A stretch of 64,000 bases of DNA from Macrostomum hystrix (taxonomy: Eukaryota > Animalia > Platyhelminthes), in assembly GCA_950097015.1 (NCBI GenBank), contig CATNEN010000007.1:12648001-12712000 (forward strand). The letters are read 5' to 3'. A program made the position numbers and the translations under genes. The notes beneath the pieces are model-generated. The model had not been told where the DNA came from. It ran no database searches and saw only the letters and a list, made by a program, of their open reading frames with translations. Every line of letters starts with the position of its first letter. Position 1 is the first letter of the stretch. Below are positions 50,101 to 61,287 of the stretch, one piece after another.

Positions 50101-51121
50101 CCCGGTGACGATCCTCTCAATGGACGGCAGGGCGCTGTCCGACCTGCTGGTGGCTGAGGAGACAAACGGAGTCAACGAGCCCACGTGCGAATCAGAGACA
50201 GACCAGAGCTGCTGCGAGGTGGCCGTGCCTGGCCAGGAGCAGGACTCGTACCTCGCCGAGCAGACACGGCGTCTGCGCAGGCCGCTTTCTCCTCCGGCCA
50301 AGGTGTGCGAGTTTTTCCGCCGCCGCGGCAGTTGTTACTATAAAGACCAGTGCCGCAACGCGCACATCCGCACTGACGACGCCTTCCCAGAAGAGGAGCG
50401 TGCCGTACTGGAGCTGCTGAGGGTTGACGCGGAACCGACCGAAGTTGAACACGTTGAATTCCCACCATTGCAGTTTCTGGCGGACATAGGGAGTTCCGAA
50501 TGTTGCCTGATTGTCGTTGCTGTCGCCACTGTCCCTGGTCGTATTGTCTGTGCGCAGCTGCTTGGCGACAACGAGCAGTTAAGCACAATGCACCGGGCTC
50601 TGAGCAGCCAGTGCGATATGATGCCTGGCGGCCCAAGTGACCGATTCCTGCGCTGCATCGGCCAGTGCGTCGGCGCCTACGTCGAGGGCAGCTGGCGGCG
50701 TGGCATCGTCCAGCCCAGCGGCATCGCCATCGACGGCTGTGACCTGGTCGGCGCTGACCTCATCGACGTCCAGCTGGTGGACTTTGGCTTTTCGGTCGAG
50801 GTGCCCGTGTGGCGCACGCGACCGCTGCCAGCTCGCCTAACCTCGCTGGCTCCTCGTGGCCTGCAGCTCCGCGTAGTCAGCGACGCCCCCAGCTGTTCGG
50901 ATGAGTCGCTGCGCCGCCTGGTCGCCAACGACAGCATCTGGTATGCCCGCATCGTTAGCTTCGCTCCTGACGATGACGAGTTGTTCGAGGCGGAGCTGTG
51001 CCGATACCCGGACGGCGCCTCACTGGAGCGCCTGCTCGAGAACGCTCCGTCATTGTCTGCAAACAGTGCGACCAGACCTGCGGGTCCGCGACAGATGAAA
51101 ATTGTGCTTGTGCCCGGCTGA
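47125..51121 (+). CDS. Multi-Tudor domain protein with CCCH zinc finger (Krimper/TDRD-like, probable piRNA/nuage factor), ~1236 aa
   Basis: Phase-consistent exons 47125-48920, 49113-49983, 50078-51121. N-terminal coiled coil, AEAKAK repeat, extended Tudor 1 (HRARVL...EVYFIDYGN...LRRL-like VRRLDPTFAQLLP), degenerate Tudor 2 (YERVV...VVAFDLGE...LLPLISDFCRLPP), CCCH finger CEFFRRRGSCYYKDQCRNAH, Tudor 3 (WRRGIV...DVQLVDFG...RPLPARL). Confidence 0.85.
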
Positions 51122-51224
51122 GAAACTGAACACTGAAAGCTGGACATGTTTCGTTTAACTGTTTAACAGTTTGTGTTTCTGATTTAAATACATGTTTTAT
51201 AGACGGGGTATTGGCTGGTTCTGC

Positions 51225-51507
51225 CTGACATGAGCTGGGAGTATGGGCTGACATGAGCTGGGAGTATGGGCTGACATGAGCTGGGAGTATGGGCTGACAT
51301 GAGCTGGGAGTATGGGCTGACATGAGCTGGGAGTATGGGCTGGGAGTATAGGCTGACATGATCTGGGAGTATGGGCTGACATGAGCTGGGAGTATAGGCT
51401 GACATGAGCTGGGAGTATGGGCTGACATTAGCTGGGAGTATGGGCTGACATGAGCTGGGAGTATGGGCTGACATGAGCTGGGAGTACTGCCTGACATGAG
51501 CTGGGAG
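51225..51507. repeat. 23-bp minisatellite, block 1
   Basis: Unit ctgacatgagctgggagtatggg. Confidence 0.95.
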
Positions 51508-52385
51508 TTTACCGTTTTGGCTTCCGTCAATTTTTTAAAGTGCATTGTTAGAAGTTGAGGCAGCATTGTTAGAAGTTACAGCTTTTATACTGTAATCCAA
51601 GTTCTGCTGATATCAGATAGGCTATAATCCTGTATATTATCTTATTGATACATTTCTCTTGTTGCTCCCATGGCAATTGTCTCTACTTGTTAACTGTGGC
51701 CTGTTTGCCAATTTGCTTGTTGAGCCTATAAAAAAGCGGATATTTTGTGTACGCTTTATATAAATTTACAGTGTCCTGACAGCATATGTCAACGTATTCT
51801 TGAGCTTATTCTTGCAAGTCTGGCTCTTCATTGAGCATTTGTATCCCATAATTACTCACTTATTCTCCATGCAGTGTCAGTGTTTGTTACCTCCTGCTTT
51901 TCCAAAGAAGCACCTTAGCCAGCTATTCAAAAAAGGCATTCAACTGACTGGGGTTCCTCATTGGACAATACTCAAAGGCGATGTATTTGATTAGCATTGC
52001 AATCCGTGCTGCACTGCCCATCGAATGGGCTGTCATTTGTGCCAGTTAGCTCTGGGCCTAAGAAATATTCTAGAGCGCTTCTTGTTCAAGTCCGTACGGT
52101 GTGCGTTTATTTGTTATGCTTGCATTTGATTTGCATTTTCAGAGCAGTGCACTCAACGTCAAAACGCATTTCGTGAGTCTCCTGTGCTAATAAGTTGCTC
52201 GCGATCAACCGCTTGCATGATTTATTCTTCTAATAAAAGTTTTATCTACCTATTATGCATGATTCTCAAACTTCTCGTTATTTCTAATACTTTCACAGCT
52301 GTCTACAAGTTGCGTGCATTGTTCACAGTAGGACTTAAAGCATCGACAAATCGGGTACGAGGCATAGAAGATTGGCTGGTTCTGC

Positions 52386-53440
52386 CTGACATGAGCTGGG
52401 AGTATGGGCTGACATGAGCTGGGAGTATGGGCTGACATGGGCTGGGAGTATGGGCTGACATGGGCTGGGAGTATGGGCTGACATGAGCTGGGAGTATGGG
52501 CTGACATGAGCTGGGAGTATGGGCTCACATGAGCTGGGAGTATGGGCTGACATGGGCTGGGAGTATGGGCTGACATGAGCTGGGAGTATGGGCTGACATG
52601 AGCTGGGAGTATGGGCTGACATTGGCTGGGAGTATTGCCTGACATGAGCTGGGAGTATGGGCTGACATGAGCTGGGAGTATGGGCTGACATGAGCTGGGA
52701 GTATGGGCTGACATGAGCTGGGAGTACTGGCTGACATGAGCTGGGAGTATGGGCTGACATGAGCTGGGAGTATGGGCTGACATGAGCTGGGAGTATGGGC
52801 TGACATTGGCTGGGAGTATTGCCTGACATGAGCTGGGAGTATGGGCTGACATGATCTGGGAGTATGGGCTGACATGAGCTGGGAGTATGGGCTGGGAGTA
52901 TGGGCTGACATGGGCTGGGAGTATGGGCTGACATGAGCTGGGAGTATGGGCTGACATGAGCTGGGAGTACTGCCTGACATGAGCTGGGAGTATGGGCTGA
53001 CATGGGCTGGGAGTATGGGCTGACATGAGCTGGGAGTATGGGCTGACATGAGCTGGGAGTATGGGCTGACATGAGCTGGGAGTATGGGCTGACATGAGCT
53101 GGGAGTACTGGCTGACATGAGCTGGGAGTATGGGCTGACATGTGCTGGGAGTATGGGCTGACATGAGCTGGGAGTATGGGCTGACATTGGCTGGGAGTAT
53201 TGCCTGACATGAGCTGGGAGTATGGGCTGACATGAGCTGGGAGTATGGGCTGACATGAGCTGGGAGTATGGGCTGACATGAGCTGGGAGTATGGGCTGAC
53301 ATGAGCTGGGAGTACTGGCTGACATGAGCTGGGAGTACTGGCTGACATGAGCTGGGAGTATGGGCTGACATGAGCTGGGAGTACTGGCTGACATGAGCTG
53401 GGAGTATGGGCTGACATGAGCTGGGAGTATGGGCTGACAT
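52386..53440. repeat. 23-bp minisatellite, block 2 (same unit as block 1)
   Basis: Unit ctgacatgagctgggagtatggg. Confidence 0.96.
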
Positions 53441-53588
53441 TTGTGGAGACTCGGGGCGAACTCTCTTCAGAGAGTTTTCGCACTGTGTGAGCCTACGCGG
53501 GTAATGAGTAGACTCAGGAGTCGGTCAGAACACTCAGTCATTGTCTGGAATTCCACTAACGACTTGCAGCTAACGGTACCCAGCCGCC

Positions 53589-55595
53589 ATGGGTCTGGAG
53601 TACGTGAACACATTCCTGATCGGCGTGTTCTGCCTATCGCTCGTCACAGCCGCCTTTCTCTATCTGCGCCGGCGATTTCGTCGCAGCGAAGATGAAGACG
53701 ACTTTGCGACTGGCGGCGCTGAGGGCCGGAGACAGCCTCGGCCTCGGCCGGCTGTCGATGGCCAGCATGTCCGGCGCCGTCCCGTCCCCGGCCGCCGCTC
53801 CGCTATGGACCGCATGCAACAGGGGGCCGCTGCCGCCCCCGCCCCCGCACCAGCCGCCGCAGCTGCTAGACCCGCTGCCGCCACGGATTCTGATTCTGAC
53901 AGCGATGCAGCCAACGCTCAGCCTGGTGAGCCTAACAAGTCTATTTTATGAAGCGCTCCTTTTCACTGTTCTTGATTTCTAATTTTACATGTCCTTGTCT
54001 GTCCCACACCCTCTGCTGTGCCACTCTTGATTCGCTACTGACAGTAGCCTTATGTGCTCGAATGCGTTCCGCCTTTTCAGGCAAGAAGGTGGGCGTGAAA
54101 AAGCAACGCAAGCTGGACGAGAAGGAGGCGCGGCGCGAGGAGCGCGAGCGCGAGCAGAAAGAGCGCTTGGAGCGGCGCCAGCGCGAGGACGAGGAGCGCC
54201 AGCAGCGCCAGGCTGACGAAGCCGCTGAGGAGGCGGACGCCGCGGCCCGCGAGGCGGCCGAGCGCGAAGAGACGCGCCGCCGCGAGGAGGAGGAGTACCT
54301 CAGACTGCGGTGAGCCGTGTGCCGGGGAATCTCCCTGAAGTCCTCGTGGAATCTCCCTGAAGTCCTCTTGGAATCTCCCTGATGTCCTCTTAGTATCGCC
54401 CTGAAGTCCTCTTAGAATCGCCCGAAGTTCTCTTAGTAAAGCCCTGAAGTCCTCTTAGAATCGCCCTGAAGTCCTCTTAGAATCGCCCTGAAGTCCTCTT
54501 AGAATCGCCCTGAAGTCCTCTTATAATCGCCCTGAAGTCCTCTTAGAATCGCCCTGAAGTCCTCTTAGAATCGCCCTGAAGTCCTCTTAGAATCGCCCTG
54601 AAGTCCTCTTAGTAAAGCCCTGAAGTCCTCTTAGAATCGCCCTGAAGTCCTCTTAGTAAAGCCCTGAAGTCCTCTTAGAATCGCCCTGAAGTCCTCTTAG
54701 TAAAGCCCTGAAGTCCTCTTAGAATCGCCCTGAAGTCCTCTTAGTAAAGCCCTGAAGTCCTCTTAGAATCGCCCTGAAGTCCTCTTAGAATCGCCCGTAA
54801 TAATAATAATAATTGCAGGAGGGCTGCGGGCAATGACACATAGTTTGGTGACACTAGACCCGCAGCCAGCGAGGAGGCAATTCTGCCCATTTCGCTGACT
54901 CCTGAGCACACACGCACACAGATACCGTACGCAGGCATACGCTCACACAGGTGTGTACATCTGCCCTGACTTTCTAATCGTCAGGCAGTGTACACTCGAA
55001 CTGTGCCTTGGAGGTTGGCCCTCAAGGGCGTAAATTGCACGACAAGCCCCCAAGCCTTCTCTCCGCGGCTGCGCCCCAAATAAATGTGGCCTCGCCGTGG
55101 AATCGAACTTAGGGACTGTGGTGCGAGTGGCAAACGCGTTAACCGCTCTGCCACCGACCCCCCTAGAATCGCCCGTAGTCCTCTTAGAATCGCCCTGAAG
55201 TCCTCTTAGAATCGCCCGAAGTTATATTTCAAAACCCAACCCGTTCCTGCAGTTCGGAGTTCACAGTGGAGGAGGAGGGCGCCGATGCGGACGACGATGG
55301 CGCTGGCCGGTCGCTGGCGGAGTTCGTGGCCCTGATCGAGCAGCGCAAAGCGGTGCAGCTGGAGGAGCTGGCCGACGAGTTCGGCCTGCGGGCGGACGAC
55401 TGCGCCCAGCGGCTGCGCGACCTGCTGGAATCCGGCCGGCTCACCGGCGTCCTAGACGACCGCGGCAAGTTCGTGCACATCACGCCGGCTGAGTACGAGG
55501 CCGTGGCCGCCTTCATCCGGCAGCGGGGCAAGGTCAGCCTGCAGGAGCTGGTGGAGAACTCCAACCGGCTGGTGCAGCTGGGCGAGGCCGCCTAG
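53589..55595 (+). CDS. DDRGK1: DDRGK domain-containing protein 1 (UFBP1, UFM1 E3 adaptor), 302 aa
   Basis: Exons 53589-53925 (N-terminal TM anchor), 54081-54309 (KKVGVKKQRKLDEKEARR...EEEEYLRL), 55253-55595 (FTVEEEG...LTGVLDDRGKFVHIT); AATAAA at 55966. Confidence 0.96.
54327..55222. repeat. 22-bp minisatellite in DDRGK1 intron 2, interrupted by the SINE
   Basis: Unit gaatcgccctgaagtcctctta. Confidence 0.94.
54800..55163 (-). mobile_element. tRNA-derived SINE in DDRGK1 intron 2
   Basis: Minus-strand head GGGGGGTCGGTGGCAGAGCGGTTAACGCG...GTTCGATTCC (Pol III A and B boxes), 3' stem GGCTGCGGG/CCCGCAGCC, (ATT)n tail, 14-bp TSD TAGAATCGCCCGTA (54786-54799, 55164-55177). Confidence 0.88.
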
Positions 55596-56210
55596 TCCGC
55601 CAATCCGTCGCTACTGACTTGGCCGCTATTTTGGGTCGTTCTCTGTGTCAGTGCTGTCTGTTGCTTCTAATCCGTGTTCCATTTTCTCTGCTGTTTTACT
55701 CCTCGTCTCAATCGGTCCGTTTGTGGCTCCCCGACTGTCAGCTGATGGTGGGCCGGGTTACTCAATCAGCTATAGATGACAGATTTAGTATATTTGGATG
55801 TGATCATTTTGAGTCCCAGCGTCCTCTCTGCTGTGCTGCCTATATGCACTATTTGCGTACTCTCAATTGCCTGCCACTTCAGTTGCTGTTCTCCCGTTTG
55901 CTCTGTGCGCTAGCTGTGATGTCAGTCAGCTGGATTCTGCTGCGCTGCGAGGTACGCTTCTGAGAAATAAACGAGCGCTTCTCGCTTGTCGATTTGTGAA
56001 GTTGTCACAGTGGCACAGCTCTGAGCATTGAGTACCTGGCTGCGTCTTCTCCTGGCCTTGATTCAGTGCTTCCGCGAAACCACCTGATCACTTGGCAAAG
56101 ATAGGAGATCCTTATTCGTACTGGGCAGCGTGTACGGACAGGAAGGAATGGACGGACGAGTAGGAAGTGTAGATACATCCGGTGCATTCTTTAATGGGAT
56201 CCTCAAAATG

Positions 56211-56748
56211 GGATCTGAGGATAATATAGATTGGATCTGAGGATAATATAGAATTGAATCTGAGGATAATGTAGAATCGGATCTGAGGATAATATAGAAT
56301 TAAATCTGAGGATAATGTAGAATCGGATCTGAGGATAATATAGAATCGGATCTGAGGATAATATAGTATTGAATCTGATGATAATATCGAATTGGATCTG
56401 AGGATAATATAGATTGGATCTGAGGATAATATAGAATTGAATCTGAGGATAATGTAGAATCGGATCTGAGGATAATATAGAATTGAATCTGAGGATAATA
56501 TAGAATCGGATCTGAGGATAATATAGAATTGAATCTGAGGATAATATAGAATTGGATCTGAGGATAATATAGAATTGGATCTGAGGATAATATAGAATTG
56601 GATCTGAGGAAAATGTAGAATCGGATTTGAGGATAATGTAGAATCGGATCTGAGGATAATATAGAATCGGATCTGAGGATAATGTAGAATCGGATCTGAG
56701 GATAATATAGAATTGAATCTGAGAATAATGTAGAATCGGATCTGAGGA
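56211..56748. repeat. 23-bp minisatellite downstream of DDRGK1
   Basis: Unit ggatctgaggataatatagaatc/t. Confidence 0.95.
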
Positions 56749-58816
56749 TCGGCATAAGCAGAACAGGTCGCAGCTAGCTGTGCTAATTATTTCTAGTACT
56801 TTTGTGAGTTGTCACAGTTACCGCACAGTGCAGCCACTTGTGAGGTGTTGCTACACTGTTGCGAATGCTGTTGCACATTCAAATCCAGCATGTTTTAGCA
56901 GGAACGGGAGTGTCTCAGCCAGCTGTTCGCAGGACAATTCATAATCCTTTCTGATCAGGCATGGAATTAGCCCCCCACACCCCTTGGCCGGCCCACTTGG
57001 ACTCTTCTAGTTTGCCTTTCTTAAAAAAGCGCATTCCTCAAGTCACCGTGTTGAATGCGAAGCCCAGGAAGTGGCCGTCCGTTCACAGTGCGGGTCCCAC
57101 CCTGCTGGAGGCAACCGAATCCTGCTGTACGCTGTTGCTGCTGCTGCTGCTGGAATTATCAGGGCTTCCCGCTTCCCTCTGCCCGCTCCTGCGGTTCCAA
57201 CTTCTTTTCTCCCCGTACGCCTACGCAGGCGAGTTGGGAATTAATCCCAAAGTATCCCGGTGGAAGCCCTGCGCCCCCATTCCTGCCGCTAGCCACAGCC
57301 AGACCTCCTTACCAGGGCCAAACTGCCGACCTAGGATTCGCCAGCAGAACTCGGCAAATCGTCGGCCTTGCACTCTCCCGCCCTCCGCTCCGCTTCCTGT
57401 CCCCCGCTATCAGGGCAAAAGCGAGACCCTTAGCCGTGGGCAGAGCTCGGAGGCCGCCCACAACTGACAGCCCCGACCAGCACGCGCAGACACGGAGACA
57501 GCATGAGTCGCAAGCCGGAGTTCCGCCTGCATGAAGACAAGGCCGGTGAGACTTGATTCAATTTGCTGAGCTGTCCGTCCCCACTCGGTAAATATTAAAA
57601 AGGCGGGGCCGCCTGTCCCGGTCGGCTCCGCATGGCCGCTGCGCCCGCCCCTGAGGGTCCGGCAAGTGGCTGGTCTGCTGCCCCTGTTGCCTCGCTCGCT
57701 GCTTTGCCGCTCCGGGTGTCTCTGGGGTTGCCGGCTATGGCCTCGTCCTCTTCGCCTCCCAAGGCCTGGGGCTCAAACTCGAGTCAATCCCGAGCAGCGG
57801 GGAGCCGCACCGGTCATTGGCCAGGACAGGAAATGCCCGTAACTCGGACACGTTAAAAGCATTTGGTTGCCCTGAATTTCAGCCACGCATGTTACACATT
57901 AGACCTTCTGGGAATATTTAATGAAGGGAGTTCGCTCTGAGCCAGCAAGATACTCCGGATGGGCGAGCTATGTCAGCTGGGACACGAGCTGCTGGGGTGA
58001 AGTTACTTTTTCCTCCGACCCTGCCGCTGTCTGCAGGTGTAAAGCAGATAAGCAATATCGGGAGAACCATCTCCCAAGTCCTCGTTCTCCCCTTGAAGGT
58101 GCGGAGCGGAAGCTCGCGAAATCTCGGCCGCGCGTCGGCCTGAAATTTACCGCTGTCTGGCAGACCTCGCCGGATTCGAAGTCCCCTTTCTGCCCTCCCC
58201 TGCCCTGCTCGGGCGTGCCGCATTTCCCCTCCGTGAATTATCCCCCGCACAGCTCGCAGCCTCGCTAATTTCCATCCCCAGCTCCTAAATCTCCCGTTTC
58301 GCGCAGATTTAAAAATCCCATTCCCCTGGCAGCAGCCCCGCCTGCTCCGCCCTGGAGAATCGATTGAAGTGCGGACGGAGCAGCTGGGAGCGGCATCCGG
58401 CAGCGCCAGCCAGGGGCCTATTTTTAGGCCGCTGTTTCATTTCGACTGACAGAGCTGGCGAGAGCGGGCTCTCCGAGACACTCGGTGCCTCAGAAGGAGT
58501 GGGAAGCTCGGGCGTGCCTCCGCATAGCTCCTGGGTTCAGGCCGATTTCCCCGTCTGCTAGGGACCGGTGGAAAGCTGAGAAGAATCCTGTGCTTGAGAG
58601 GAGATGCGCGCCGATAATAAACTGCGGGTGACTCAACCCTTGACTCGTCCCGGGGCGAAAATATCCAACTCCGGGGTCAGCAGCCATTTGAGCACTTGTC
58701 GAACTGGCCGATAGGCTGAATGTGACTATCGAAGCATTCACTGTATAATGTTTATCTACTAATACCACTCCTTATGGTGTTGCGTTCACAAACCGCTTTT
58801 TTGCGTTCTAATTTAC

Positions 58817-59160
58817 TTAGTTGCATTCCCAGTACATTAGTTGCATTCCCAGTACATTAGTTGCATTCCCAGTACATTAGTTGCATTCCCAGTACATTAG
58901 TTGCATTCCCAGTACATTAGTTGCATTCCCAGTTCGTTAGTTGCATTTCCAGTCCATTATTTGCATTAGCAGTTCATTAGTTGCATTCCCAGTACATTAG
59001 TTGCATTCCCAGTACATTCGTTGCATTCCCAGTACATTAGTTGCATTCCCAGTACATTAGTTGCATTCCCAGCTTATCTGTTGCATTCCCAGCCTGCTTC
59101 TGTTGCTTTCTGTTGCTTTCTGTTGCTTTCTGTTGCTTTCTGTTGCTTTCTGTTGCTTTC
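58817..59160. repeat. 20-bp minisatellite grading into a 10-bp repeat
   Basis: (ttagttgcattcccagtaca)n then (tgttgctttc)n. Confidence 0.93.
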
Positions 59161-59646
59161 GCATTCCACGGCTGGCGAGCTCCCTAGCCCATTTCTTAAA
59201 AGCTTTTCTTCAAAGTGAGATGAGCAGGGACTGAAGTGCAGTCTCCGGGCTTCACAGGTATCAGTGAGCGATCCCGTTGCCTTTCCTTTTTTCCAGGTAG
59301 GACTCAGTAAAATCAGGGCCAGCCATGTTGTCTTGAGTCTTGGCTGAGGCCAGTGTATCAGTTTATTAGTTCTTTCGTATTAGAGCTAAAGTACCCATGG
59401 CCGTGCAATCATGCCGCTGATTTAATTCAGAAAGCATAAAATAAATAGTAGTTGGAAGCGATTATTGAATCATTTTTAGGGATATTTTAGGGAGCTCTGA
59501 TTAACTGACAAGTGTCTGCTCCATGCTTGGCAGGCCACTGTTGTGTCCTTAGCTATCACTCTCCAATCAGTGTCCGGTTTGGTGCAGTTGCGCAATTAAT
59601 AGTCTCGGTTCAGGTGCCTATGGCATCCGCTGGCTGCAGACTCCGC

Positions 59647-61287
59647 TCACTCCCAATCGCCGGACGAGTCGCTGCCGCCAGAGTCCTCCGAGTCCTCCCG
59701 GACCATGTGCGGACGGATGCTGGTGATGGCGTCGAAGATGGCCTGCACGTCGCAGGCGCCGGAGGAGATCTTCTTCTTGGCAGCCGACGAGTCCGTGCTG
59801 ACCGCCGCCTTCTTCAGCTGGATGCCCTGGCGGATCTGCTCCAGCAGCGCGCTGGTCGAGCCGGCCTCCGGCTGCTTCTGCTTCTGTTCACGGCTCACTG
59901 GTTTCAGCCTTGTCGTCGACAGCGAGGCGGCCGACAACATCGGCTGCGCGCCACCGCTGTCAGTTGCTGCCGCGGCTAGCGATGGCGGCGGAGGAGGTGG
60001 CGGCGGCGGTGGTGGCGGTGGCGGTGGTGGCGGTGGCGGTGGAGGAGGCGGTGGGGGTGGTGCTGCAGCTACTCTCTGCGTTCCCATCTGCTCCGGAGGG
60101 GGCGGCTGTGGTGGTGGTGGCGGAGGCATGGCAGCGCCACCCATTTGATTTCCGAGCTGAGGAGGCGCTGGCGGTGGAGGTGGAGGCGGAGGTGGAGGCG
60201 GTGCTGAAGTCGAAGTAATCCATCCAGCCGGCCTTCTTAAGTCCGATAGTAGTGTGGATGGATCAGGCGGAGCAGGCGGCGGAGGCGGAAGGCCAAGCCC
60301 GCGCTCTCCTGGCTGCGGCGGTGGCGGCGGCGGAGGCGGCGGTGGTGGAGGCGGCGATGGAGTGCTGCGCTCATGCAGGACCGCTGCCGAAGATGGCAGA
60401 GGTGGCGGCGGCGGCGGAGGTGGTGGTGTGACTTCTCGCTGGCTGCCTAGCAGATCCAGGTACTCGCCCTCCTCCTCCTCCAGGGCGACAGCGTCTGCCC
60501 ACTGACGGGGCTGCGTCCCAGGCACGGACACCGTGGGAGCACTGCTCTGCCCCGCGCTTTTAGTAACGACGTCGAGATACTCATCCTCGCTTGTCGGTTC
60601 CGGAGCCTCAGGCTGCTCCGGCTGCTGTGAGCCTTGGGCAGGCGCGAACTCCACCCCGTGCTTCAGGGCCTCGTAGTTCGGCTTCTCCACATGTCGCGGC
60701 TTCTTCCGGCGCTTCTTTTGGCTGGCCCGCTTGCCCGGGCCTCGGCCGGCCGCGGCAGAGCCCTCCGGGCGCTGCTTAGCCGCCCTGGTTGCCTGTTCCA
60801 GCATCTGCTGCGCCCACAGGCGGAAGAAGAACTCGGGGTCCGAGTACAGGCTCATGCACTTTCGTTTGTCATCGCGCAGGTGGTCCAGGCCGTCGAGCGA
60901 CGGCGGCGGCTCGGCGCCGGTACGCAGCTTCCGCACGGAGTCGGGCTGGGCGCAGGGTGTCAGCAGTCCTTGCTCCGTGGCCTGGCGCGAGGCAAACGAC
61001 TCCGGCTGGCCAATGGCAGGTGGGTCCTGCTCTCGGACCAGCCTCTCCACCCGGGATCCGAGCCGCTCCGCCCGCAACGCCAGCCGCTTAGTCCGCCCCA
61101 CCAGCTGCTGCATGTCGCTGGTCAGGCCCGCGAATATGCCGCTGGCCTGCGCGCTGATGCAGCTCATCTGGCTCAGCATGTTGCTTAGCGTCACATTGTT
61201 GGTGAAGCTCAGGTCCTGCGACTTTGGCAGGGGGTCGTTGGTTTGAGTCACGGCCACGGGCTCCACAATGCGCTGGGGGAAAGGCAT
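59647..61287 (-). CDS. WASF: WASP-family verprolin-homologous protein (WAVE/SCAR), intronless CDS, 546 aa
   Basis: MPFPQRIVEP...TNNVTLSNMLSQMS...YSDPEFFFRLW (WHD), basic KKRRKK, long poly-Pro region, WH2 SALLEQIRQGIQLKK, central helix DVQAIF, acidic C-terminus ...DWE*; AATAAA at 59367-59362. Confidence 0.93.
   Translation of the reverse strand: MPFPQRIVEPVAVTQTNDPLPKSQDLSFTNNVTLSNMLSQMSCISAQASGIFAGLTSDMQQLVGRTKRLALRAERLGSRVERLVREQDPPAIGQPESFASRQATEQGLLTPCAQPDSVRKLRTGAEPPPSLDGLDHLRDDKRKCMSLYSDPEFFFRLWAQQMLEQATRAAKQRPEGSAAAGRGPGKRASQKKRRKKPRHVEKPNYEALKHGVEFAPAQGSQQPEQPEAPEPTSEDEYLDVVTKSAGQSSAPTVSVPGTQPRQWADAVALEEEEGEYLDLLGSQREVTPPPPPPPPPLPSSAAVLHERSTPSPPPPPPPPPPPPPQPGERGLGLPPPPPAPPDPSTLLSDLRRPAGWITSTSAPPPPPPPPPPPAPPQLGNQMGGAAMPPPPPPQPPPPEQMGTQRVAAAPPPPPPPPPPPPPPPPPPPPPPPPPPSLAAAATDSGGAQPMLSAASLSTTRLKPVSREQKQKQPEAGSTSALLEQIRQGIQLKKAAVSTDSSAAKKKISSGACDVQAIFDAITSIRPHMVREDSEDSGGSDSSGDWE

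Noticed and set aside
55085-55163. tRNA gene
   Set aside because: Has A/B boxes but no clean acceptor/anticodon stems, and continues into a body, tail and TSD, so it is called a SINE head.
56961-58768. Several 70-170-aa ORFs between DDRGK1 and WASF, and 62326-63010
   Set aside because: No domain similarity or consistent exon chain; GC-rich non-coding sequence yields such ORFs by chance.
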